Assembly: GCA_038840695.1 (NCBI GenBank)
Contig: JAWBVE010000002.1
Span: 28,170 to 92,169, forward strand
From: Candidatus Pacearchaeota archaeon
GTDB lineage: Archaea > Nanobdellota > Nanobdellia > Pacearchaeales > JAPDKA01
Direction: 5' to 3'
Length of the DNA stretch: 64,000 bases
Position numbers and translations under genes: made by a program
The notes under the pieces: model-generated
Told to the model about the DNA's origin: nothing
Databases searched by the model: none
Seen by the model: the letters and a program-made list of their open reading frames with translations, nothing else
Part shown: positions 19,478 through 27,259 of the stretch, piece by piece
How positions within the stretch are numbered: position 1 is the first letter of the stretch
Layout of the letters: the number at the start of each line of letters is the position of its first letter

Positions 19478-20653
19478 ATGGGCTTGAATATGGAAAAAGG
19501 ACTGGAAAAAGAGCTTGATAGAAGTGAACTTGAAAAAATACTTGAAAGCTATAGAAGGCTAGGAAGTATAAATAAAACTGTAAAGGAAGTTAGACACAGT
19601 TATCATACCCTTCAGAAATATTTTAAAGATGAGCTTGAAAAAATAAGAAAAGAAAGGCAGGAGGAAAAAGAGCAAAAAATTATTAATGCTTATAAAGAGC
19701 TTGGACAGATTAAGAAAGTAGCTAAATTGCTTAAAGTAGATAGGAAAACTGTAAGGAAAGTATTAAGAAAGCATGGAATTAAGATAAAGCGTTGGAGTGG
19801 TGCGCGTTCTCTAAGTAAGGAGGAGGTTGAAAAGATAATAAAAACCTATGCTGAATTAGGGAATACTAAAAAAACTGCTAAGGCCTTAGGCCATGCTCAA
19901 ATTACTGTAGCCAAATACTGTAGAGAGCACTTTGAGTTAAACAAGATAAATAAAGTGAGAAGAAAATATGATTGGGAAAAAATAAGGGAGCTATATTATA
20001 AATATGACAGGCCTAAGGATGCTGCAAGAGAAATTGGTTGCTCACCAAAAACTGTAAGAGAAGTTTGGCACAAGTTTGGGCTACATGTACAGAGAAAAAA
20101 GCCAAAAATTAATGAAACTGAAATTTATAATATAAAGAAAAGATATTTTAATGGAGAAGGCATAGTAAATATATCGCGTGATCTAAAAAGAAGGACAGAT
20201 GTAATTATGAAGTACCTTAATTGGACTCCTTTGAGTGAAGGTTTGATCTTTTGTTTTTATGATAATGGAGATAAAGTAAAGAAAAGCATAGAAACAGTCA
20301 CAAACATAATAGAAAAATATGCTGAATGCACAGAAAAAATTTATTCGGATAGGCCTGAGTATGAAAAATATTACAAGATTGCTAACGAGATTTTTCCAGG
20401 AAAATTTAAGGAAATACTAATCATTTCATTCAAAAAAAGAAGCGATGAGGGCTTGGAGGAAAGGATTGAGAGCTATATAAAATTCAGACAATTGTGCTCA
20501 GAAGTAATCAATTTTTTTGCACGAAACAACATACAACTTGAGCTTTTTACACAGGAAATTTCTAAAGCAACTTACTATACTCTCTTTCCTGAAGCATCTA
20601 AAACCTTTTATGAATTTGATCAAAAAGGTGAAGGTGTTGAGCAGAGCATTTAA
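19478..20653 (+). CDS. Tandem multi-HTH DNA-binding protein
   Basis: About five repeats of I...Y..LG.....A..L.....TV; unassigned C-terminal domain. Confidence 0.7.
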   Translation: MGLNMEKGLEKELDRSELEKILESYRRLGSINKTVKEVRHSYHTLQKYFKDELEKIRKERQEEKEQKIINAYKELGQIKKVAKLLKVDRKTVRKVLRKHGIKIKRWSGARSLSKEEVEKIIKTYAELGNTKKTAKALGHAQITVAKYCREHFELNKINKVRRKYDWEKIRELYYKYDRPKDAAREIGCSPKTVREVWHKFGLHVQRKKPKINETEIYNIKKRYFNGEGIVNISRDLKRRTDVIMKYLNWTPLSEGLIFCFYDNGDKVKKSIETVTNIIEKYAECTEKIYSDRPEYEKYYKIANEIFPGKFKEILIISFKKRSDEGLEERIESYIKFRQLCSEVINFFARNNIQLELFTQEISKATYYTLFPEASKTFYEFDQKGEGVEQSI

Positions 20654-20725
20654 ATTGCATTAAAAAGCATAAAAAATCATAAAAATTTTTAGTAAAATTT
20701 ATAAACAGAGATAATTTTTTATGTT

Positions 20726-21352
20726 ATGTTTTTTAATTTTTTCAAAAAAAGAAAACTTGAAAGCGAGATTGAAAAATTAAAGGAAGTAATGAAGAATTCT
20801 TTTTCAAATGTAAAGGATGATTTAAATAAAATTTCCAGTTGGATTTTTTATTTGAATGAAAAAGATAAAGATCTCGACGAGAAAATTAGCAAATTACAGG
20901 AAGAAATTGAAGAAATAAAAGAGCTGCTAGCCTTTTCGTCAGGGGCGTTTAAACAGGTGTTTAAACAGGTGTTTAAACACCAAACAGCTGTTGAAGGTGT
21001 TCAAACAGCTGTTCAAACAGGTGTTCAAACACCAAAAATTAATAAAAAATTAACAAAGTTAGCAACAAAAAATATAATTTTGGAAGGCTTAACATTAATG
21101 GAAAGAGCAATTTTGTGGGTATTGGCAAACACTGACTTAAAGCTAAGTTGTGAAGATATCGCAAGAGTGCTTGGAAAAAGTGAAAACACAATAAGAGGAC
21201 AACTAAATAGCCTTAAGTCAAAGTGGCCACAGCTAATAAATGAAATAATTGAAAAAAATGGAAAAAAGAGATATTATATTGATGAAAGAACAAAAGAGCT
21301 TATTTTTAAAATAACAAAGACAAAAATTAAAGCTAAAATAAAATTACGTTAA
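20726..21352 (+). CDS. Coiled-coil / repeat linker / C-terminal winged-helix protein
   Basis: N-terminal SF..VK.D coiled coil; C-terminal LT..ER.IL...LS..DIA..LGKS..TIRGQLN.L wHTH. Confidence 0.75.
   Translation: MFFNFFKKRKLESEIEKLKEVMKNSFSNVKDDLNKISSWIFYLNEKDKDLDEKISKLQEEIEEIKELLAFSSGAFKQVFKQVFKHQTAVEGVQTAVQTGVQTPKINKKLTKLATKNIILEGLTLMERAILWVLANTDLKLSCEDIARVLGKSENTIRGQLNSLKSKWPQLINEIIEKNGKKRYYIDERTKELIFKITKTKIKAKIKLR
20947..21034 (+). repeat. Two blocks of three 12-bp tandem repeats (consensus GTTYAAACAGST) with palindromic core
   Basis: Copies start at 20947, 20959, 20971 and 20999, 21011, 21023. Confidence 0.9.
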
Positions 21353-21705
21353 GCTAAGAGCCAAGAAGTCAAAAAAGTTAAAAAGCTAAGAACAAAAAAG
21401 TAAATTAAAGCGAATTTTTTAATGCAAAAAACAAAAAAGTGAGAGTTAAGTTTTAGAAGCTAAAAATAAAGAGCTAGAGAGCTAAATTAAAAAATAAATT
21501 TAAAACGAACTTTTTTGAATAAAAAATTAAAGCTACAAAGAGTAAGGCTGAGAGCAATGTCTACAAACTATGTAATTAAACGAACTTTTTGAGAGAAAAA
21601 AGCAAAAAGTGAGAATTAAGCAATTTGAAATGCTGAAAGAATTTTGAAGTATAAAGCAAGTTAAAATTTATTCGGTTAAAGGAAAAAATAGATACTAAGC
21701 ATTCT

Positions 21706-21807
21706 TTAGGCATTCTTTAAGCATCCATATTCTTCCATGTCCGCTTCTATTTTCTTATATCTTCTCTCTAGCTCTTGCTCAATTTTTTCATAGTCTGGCT
21801 TGCTCAT
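21706..21807 (-). CDS. Possible 33-aa peptide downstream of the wHTH gene
   Basis: Manual translation MSKPDYEKIEQELERRYKKIEADMEEYGCLKNA; starts 21 nt after the stop of 21829..22722. Confidence 0.35.
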   Translation of the reverse strand: MSKPDYEKIEQELERRYKKIEADMEEYGCLKNA

Positions 21808-21828
21808 TTTAGAGGCTGATTTATGAAT

Positions 21829-22722
21829 TTAGTCGAGCTGCTCAAGGGCTTCGAGGCTTGATATCTTTAATATTTCTCTCGGAATTGAAAGAAAAACTTC
21901 CTTGCTATGATAGCATTCTTTCTGAATTGGAATGCCTTTAAGAATTAGCCTATTTACAAGGTCTCTAACAGAACTTGGAGCAAGGCCTGTTTTCTCTGCA
22001 AGGGTTTTGTAGCTTATCTTTAAGCCTGCCTGCTGCATAGAATAGATAAGCACAAATATCTCAAATTCTTTCTTTGTTAAAGATTTAAAACGCCTTGCAA
22101 GGATTTTTTTATAATTATTAACCATATGCTCGATTTTTTCGAGCTCAGCTTTGTTTTCTTGCTCTTGTTGCTGAAGAGGGCCAAGGCTTTGTAAATGCTC
22201 TTGTTGTTCTTGTGACTGTTGCCCTCGCTGTTGTTGCTGCTGTGGCTGCTGTAGTTGTTGTGGTTGCAGCTGTTTCAATTGCTGTGACTCTTGCATTTCT
22301 TTAAAGGTTTTGGCTTGAATTTCAGAGTTTTGTTGGTTTTGTTGTATAGTGGAGATTGGCGAAAGGTTCGTTTTAATTTGACGTAGGATTGACGTAGATC
22401 TGTTGGAAATGTGTTGGAAATGTGTTGGAACCCCTTCATTTCCTTTGGAACGGCTGAAATAAGGCTTATTTCCTTCAATTTTTTCTTTATTTTGCATAGG
22501 AAATAAAGGTGTGTTGGAAATGTGTTGGAAATGTGTTGGAAATGTGTTGGAATTTTCCAACACATGTTTATACGAACTTTTCAGCATATTCTTAGCAATT
22601 TCTAGTTCCTTCTTTATAGTTTCTAAATCCCTTCGCATCATAAGAAGTTCATTAAAAATAAAATTAATATCTTGCTTCACAGCCGCAAAAGCTTTCTTTA
22701 TTTTTTCTTCTTCCTTTTCCAT
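21829..22722 (-). CDS. Coiled-coil / repeat and poly-Q linker / C-terminal winged-helix protein (candidate origin-associated factor)
   Basis: N-terminal AF..VKQD coiled coil; C-terminal LT.KE..IF..IY...SYK.LA.K..L..SSVRD.V..L..KG wHTH. Confidence 0.75.
   Translation of the reverse strand: MEKEEEKIKKAFAAVKQDINFIFNELLMMRRDLETIKKELEIAKNMLKSSYKHVLENSNTFPTHFQHISNTPLFPMQNKEKIEGNKPYFSRSKGNEGVPTHFQHISNRSTSILRQIKTNLSPISTIQQNQQNSEIQAKTFKEMQESQQLKQLQPQQLQQPQQQQQRGQQSQEQQEHLQSLGPLQQQEQENKAELEKIEHMVNNYKKILARRFKSLTKKEFEIFVLIYSMQQAGLKISYKTLAEKTGLAPSSVRDLVNRLILKGIPIQKECYHSKEVFLSIPREILKISSLEALEQLD
22378..22565. repeat. 11-bp iteron-like repeats (TGTTGGAAATG x3 and x4 plus one inverted copy; TTGACGTAG x2) flanking an inverted ORB-like pair
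   Basis: Copies at 22401, 22412, 22423; 22512, 22523, 22534, 22545; inverted TTCCAACACAT at 22555-22565. Confidence 0.9.
22430..22512. promoter_or_regulatory. Inverted ORB-like pair around a T-rich spacer (intragenic origin candidate)
   Basis: Minus strand 22430-22451 reads GTTCCAAAGGAAATGAAGGGGT; plus strand 22492-22512 reads TTGCATAGGAAATAAAGGTGT. Confidence 0.65.
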
Positions 22723-22787
22723 CTATTCTTTAGATTGCTTGATTTTATAAAGCTTGCTCTGAGGCTTGGCTTAACCAAAAGAAAAAG

Positions 22788-23006
22788 TAAGGGCCACTGG
22801 ACTCGGTAAAAGAGTGCCTCAAACAAATTGACCCAACTTAGCCTGTCAATTTGTTTTGAGGTTATCTCTTTTGCGCCATACTTAAGCTTAATAGGTGCAG
22901 GCTTCGTATGGTGAGTCGCAGTCCAGTCACCATACTGCTGGTGGTCACCTATCAGAGGCTGTATGGTCGCGCTCTTTTCCAGAGCACCCGATATGCCTGG
23001 CCCTTA
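22788..23006 (-). ncRNA. Unassigned structured non-coding RNA, ~220 nt
   Basis: GC-richer island; ends pair (TAAGGGCCA/TGGCCCTTA); several nested long helices; TTTAAA box about 25 nt upstream and T-run downstream on the minus strand. Confidence 0.7.
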
Positions 23007-23100
23007 TTTCTTTTAACAAAAAAGAATTTAAATCCTTTTGCAATCACTACAAAAAGACAGACTTAAAGCACCTAAAACCATGCAAAAAAAGACTAGCTAG

Positions 23101-23367
23101 CTATGCTAAACTACTTGCACTTAGCTTTTTGTATGCAAAATAGGCTTTTTCTGAGAGAGTCCATTTAATCTTTCTAGTAAAATTGCTACTTCTCTTAACA
23201 ATGGCAGCCTTTTCAAGCTCAAGAAGCAAGGCCTTGATGAATTCTTCATCTCTTGCAAGCTCTCTGGCTATTTCTGCTGTAAAAAGGGAGTGTGGAAATT
23301 TTTCAAAAAGTAAAGAAATGATTGCCTCTTTAATTTTAGTTATTTTTTCTTGGCTTATTTTAGGCAT
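23101..23367 (-). CDS. Small winged-helix DNA-binding protein
   Basis: LFTAEIARELARDEEFIKALLLELEK..IV...RKIKWTL. Confidence 0.75.
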   Translation of the reverse strand: MPKISQEKITKIKEAIISLLFEKFPHSLFTAEIARELARDEEFIKALLLELEKAAIVKRSSNFTRKIKWTLSEKAYFAYKKLSASSLA

Positions 23368-23424
23368 GAAAAATTGATATTGATCTTTTTAAAATTTTTA
23401 TTCACTTTTTCAGTTTTTTATTTT

Positions 23425-24399
23425 TCATTTTTTCTCAATAGCCATTGTGACGAGAGGGCTTCCAGGGAAAGCGATAGAGGTATCGGCAAGAGCAATGATA
23501 TAGCCTGAACACTTACTATAAAGAACTTCTTCAACATCACCCAATACATTTGTTATTTCAACGAGTGGTGTACCTTCTTTGACAAAATCGCCGGGCTTCA
23601 CAAGAAATTTTACAATTCCACTCTTATTACTACTCAGCTCTTCTAGTAGCTCTAGTCTATGCTCTGTCCTTATCTTTGTCTCAGAGCACCATTCTTCCTC
23701 AATTTCTAACATGTCAAAAGCAGCAAGCATGTTTTTAATCCCTTTAACTCCTATTCTAACAAAACTTTCATGAATTACGGTAGGACCCCCAAGCTCAACT
23801 GAAAAAGCCGGAATCTTGGCTCGATTAACAAGAGCCGCTGTTAAGCTTTTATCAAGTAAGTATTTTGTATAGCCAGGCACTTCTATGTCATAAACAACTG
23901 TTACACCAAATCTTTCAGCAAGCCTCCAGCTTTTTTCAACTATTCGCCTTGCCTTTAAGCCAATGCCCAAAGCGCGATCAATTATAATATAAGGGATCGA
24001 ATTGAGTGTATCAGAATGTAAATCGATAACAAGACTTGGTTTTGTTTCAGTGATTGTCTTAAAAATCATCGCAGCTATACGCTCTGTTGTACTACCATTA
24101 AGGTCTCCAGGAAAAGCTCTATTCAAGTCATTTTCGTCATAAGGATTTTCACGCCATTTCATTTCAAAGCCAAGAGGATTAGTAATTGGGAGTGCATAAA
24201 CAGTTCCTCTCTTTAGCTTTTTGGTTTTAAATGAATTAAAAAGTCTATGAATTACTTCTATGCCAGTTACTTCATTGCCATGAATGGCTGAGGTGATCCA
24301 AATAACTGGGCCTGGCTTGCGTGCTTGTTCATATAGTAAAGGCAATCTCCGCATCGATGAATCGGCTCCTCTAAAAAGCCTAATAAATGCCTTTTTCAT
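23425..24399 (-). CDS. Succinylglutamate desuccinylase/aspartoacylase family (M14) deacylase
   Basis: HGNE, DLNRAFPG, IDLHS and VELGG motifs; C-terminal barrel-sandwich domain. Confidence 0.9.
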   Translation of the reverse strand: MKKAFIRLFRGADSSMRRLPLLYEQARKPGPVIWITSAIHGNEVTGIEVIHRLFNSFKTKKLKRGTVYALPITNPLGFEMKWRENPYDENDLNRAFPGDLNGSTTERIAAMIFKTITETKPSLVIDLHSDTLNSIPYIIIDRALGIGLKARRIVEKSWRLAERFGVTVVYDIEVPGYTKYLLDKSLTAALVNRAKIPAFSVELGGPTVIHESFVRIGVKGIKNMLAAFDMLEIEEEWCSETKIRTEHRLELLEELSSNKSGIVKFLVKPGDFVKEGTPLVEITNVLGDVEEVLYSKCSGYIIALADTSIAFPGSPLVTMAIEKK

Positions 24400-24509
24400 A
24401 GCCTCTGAAAATTTTTTTAAAATATAAATTTTTCCCTAAAATTTCTTTGTTTTTCTCTATTTTTTGAAACTTATTAAAATTTTTTAACTCTAAAGTTCTA
24501 GCTTTTTTC

Positions 24510-27188
24510 ATGCCAAACGAAAACATAAAGCTGATAGAAAAGCCGAGTAGTAAGGAAGAATTACTTAGCATATTACATCCTCTAGTTAAAGAGTGGTTTT
24601 TTTCCAGATTCAAAGAATTTAGTTTGCCTCAACTTTATGGGGTGTTGCCAATATGGAAAAGACAAAATATACTCATAAGTGCTCCGACTGGAGGCACGAA
24701 AACACTAACTGCCTTTCTTGCCATAATAAATTATCTTGTTGGCCTTGCAGAAAAACATGAGTTGGAAGATAAAATCTATGCACTCTATGTTAGTCCTCTT
24801 AGAGCCTTAAACAATGACATTCTTGTCAATCTTAAAATACCCCTCACCGAAATAGCACAGCTTGCAAGAAAAAAAGGAATTAAGCTGCAAGAAATAAGAA
24901 TTGGTTTGAGAACAAGTGATACGAGCATAGATGAAAAAGCGAAACAGCTAAAGAGGCCACCGCATATTTTAATAACAACTCCAGAGAGTCTTGCAATAAT
25001 CTTAAGTAGCAAAAGATTTATTGAAAGACTAAAAGCTGTTGAATTTGTTGTTGTAGATGAAATACATGCATTAGCAAACAAGCGAGGGGCCCATCTAAGC
25101 TTGAGCCTTGAACGGCTTAGTAATATTTCAGCAATAGAGCCTGTAAGGATTGGCCTAAGTGCAACAATAGCTCCTCTCGAGGAAGTTGCAAAGTTTTTAG
25201 TTGGCTATCACTGGAATCCTGCCAGCAATAGCTTTGAACAAAGGCCTTGCTTAATAGCTGATGCAAGATTTGCTAAGCCGATTGAAGTTAGTGTTTTAAT
25301 GCCGACAGGCTTTTTTGAAAATGCTGAAATACAAAGTACAAAGCTATATAGCTTAATGAATGAGCTCATTCAGAAGCATAGCACAACGCTTATTTTTACA
25401 AATACAAGAAGTGGAACAGAAAGGGTTATAGAGCATTTAAAAGAACGCTTTCCAAGACAATATGAAGCAATTGATGGAAGTGGTAGTAGCATTGGTGCAC
25501 ACCACTCAAGCCTTAGCAGAAGGCTTCGCTTTGAAATAGAAAAAAGGTTAAGAGAGGGAAAGTTAAAGGCGATTGTGAGCAGCACTAGCCTTGAGCTTGG
25601 CATCGACATAGGCTTTATTGATCTAGTGCTTTTGCTTGGAAGTCCGAAAAGTATTGCAAGAGCAAGTCAAAGAATCGGAAGAAGTGGTCATAAGCTTCAT
25701 GAAAAAGCTCGTGGCATTTTCTTAGTTCTTGATAGAGACGATTTGATTGAATGCAGCATAATGGCTAAAAAAATTATTGAAGGAGAAATTGATAAAGTGC
25801 AAATTCCAAAAAATTGCCTTGATGTGCTATGCCAGCATGTTTATGGAGAAGCTATAAATAAAGTATGGCACGTCGATGATTTTTATAGGCTTGTGAGGCA
25901 AAGTTATTGCTTTAATGGCCTAAGCAAAGAACAGCTTCTAAATGTGATTTCATATCTTAGCGGGCAATATTTTGGTTTAGAGCAGAAAGGAATTTATGCT
26001 AAAATATGGTATGATGAAAACACAAGACAATTTGGCAGGCGTTCAAAGCTTGCAAGAATGCTTTATATGACTAATCTTGGTGTTATTCCTGAAGAAAGCT
26101 ATGTGAATGTTATCATAGCAGTGCCAAGAGAAAGAAAGGATGAAAAAATAGGGGTTATTGATGAGGCTTTCCTAGAAAGACTTAAGCCGGGCGATGTTTT
26201 TGTGCTTGGTGGAGAAAAATATATGTTCATGCATGCAAGGGGCATGAATGCCTATGTTAATGCTTCAGTAAAACAGCCTCCAACTATTCCTAGCTGGTTT
26301 AGTGAAATGCTACCTTTAAGCTTTGATTTGGCAAGAGCCATAGCACAATTTAGAGCTTTAATGGAACAAAAGCTAAGACAACTAAACAAAAAAGAAACAA
26401 AGGCATCAATAATAGAATGGATAAAAGCTTATTGTCATTGCAATGAAAATGTAGCTAGAGAAATTTATGATTATTTTTATGAGCAGTTTTGCTATGCTGA
26501 AATACCTCACTCAAGAAAACTTTTGATAGAGCTTTATAAAGCTGTAGATGGCAAAAAATATTGGATTTTTCATAGCTTATATGGCCGACGTGTTAACGAT
26601 GCATTAAGCCGAGCTCTCGCTTTTTTAACAGCAAAGCTAAGCCATCGCGATATTGAGATAGGAATAAATGATAACGGCTTTTATCTAGCTAGCTATGATC
26701 AAATCCAGGTTGAAAGAGCTCTCGAGGCTTTAATAAAAAATTGGCAAAAGCTTGAGATGATTTTAAATGAAGCTATAGAAAAAACTGAAGTCTTTAAAAG
26801 AAGATTTAGGCATAATGCTGTTAGAAGCTTTTTAATTTTAAAAAGCTATATGGGAAAAACAAAGAGTGCTGGAAAACTACAACTTCAATCTGACATGCTT
26901 TACAGCTCTGTAAAAGCCATAAGCCCAAATTTTCCTGTAATAGCTGAAACTCGACGTGAGGTTCTTGAGGATGTTATGGATATAGCGAATGCAAAGCTTG
27001 TTCTTGAACAAATAGCAAGCAAAAAAATTGAAATAAAAAAGATAACAACAGACCTCCCAAGCCCCTTTGCCCTTAACTTAGTTGCGCAGGGCTATCTTGA
27101 TTTGTTAAAGATAGAGGACAGAATTGAATTTTTGAGAAGAATGCATGAAAAAATCTTGGAAAGAATAGAAAAGAAAAAGGGCAATTAA
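24510..27188 (+). CDS. lhr: Lhr-family ATP-dependent helicase
   Basis: APTGGTKT (variant Walker A), ITTPESL, DEIH, LSAT, SLELGIDIG, QRIGRSGH and PSPFA motifs. Confidence 0.93.
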   Translation: MPNENIKLIEKPSSKEELLSILHPLVKEWFFSRFKEFSLPQLYGVLPIWKRQNILISAPTGGTKTLTAFLAIINYLVGLAEKHELEDKIYALYVSPLRALNNDILVNLKIPLTEIAQLARKKGIKLQEIRIGLRTSDTSIDEKAKQLKRPPHILITTPESLAIILSSKRFIERLKAVEFVVVDEIHALANKRGAHLSLSLERLSNISAIEPVRIGLSATIAPLEEVAKFLVGYHWNPASNSFEQRPCLIADARFAKPIEVSVLMPTGFFENAEIQSTKLYSLMNELIQKHSTTLIFTNTRSGTERVIEHLKERFPRQYEAIDGSGSSIGAHHSSLSRRLRFEIEKRLREGKLKAIVSSTSLELGIDIGFIDLVLLLGSPKSIARASQRIGRSGHKLHEKARGIFLVLDRDDLIECSIMAKKIIEGEIDKVQIPKNCLDVLCQHVYGEAINKVWHVDDFYRLVRQSYCFNGLSKEQLLNVISYLSGQYFGLEQKGIYAKIWYDENTRQFGRRSKLARMLYMTNLGVIPEESYVNVIIAVPRERKDEKIGVIDEAFLERLKPGDVFVLGGEKYMFMHARGMNAYVNASVKQPPTIPSWFSEMLPLSFDLARAIAQFRALMEQKLRQLNKKETKASIIEWIKAYCHCNENVAREIYDYFYEQFCYAEIPHSRKLLIELYKAVDGKKYWIFHSLYGRRVNDALSRALAFLTAKLSHRDIEIGINDNGFYLASYDQIQVERALEALIKNWQKLEMILNEAIEKTEVFKRRFRHNAVRSFLILKSYMGKTKSAGKLQLQSDMLYSSVKAISPNFPVIAETRREVLEDVMDIANAKLVLEQIASKKIEIKKITTDLPSPFALNLVAQGYLDLLKIEDRIEFLRRMHEKILERIEKKKGN

Positions 27189-27259
27189 AGAATTAAAGCA
27201 ATCAAAACAATTAAAATAATCAAAAAATCAAAAATCGAACTGAAAAAAGAAAGATAAAA

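Noticed and set aside
22401-22565. 11-bp repeats as a CRISPR array
   Set aside because: Repeats are contiguous, too short, lack unique spacers, and no cas genes are in the window.
22275-22565. Alternative-frame 96-aa ORF suggesting programmed frameshifting
   Set aside because: It shares peptide text with the main ORF only because the 11-bp repeat cycles through all frames; the main ORF is intact.
22788-23006. Assignment of the structured RNA as RNase P RNA, SRP RNA or 5S rRNA
   Set aside because: Diagnostic conserved motifs were not found by eye; left unassigned pending a covariance-model search.
22895-23143. 82-aa ORF on the plus strand
   Set aside because: GTG start, atypical composition, and it overlaps the structured RNA and the wHTH gene.
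17338-23367. Intact provirus
   Set aside because: No capsid, terminase, portal or packaging ATPase genes and no tRNA-derived att duplication were seen.
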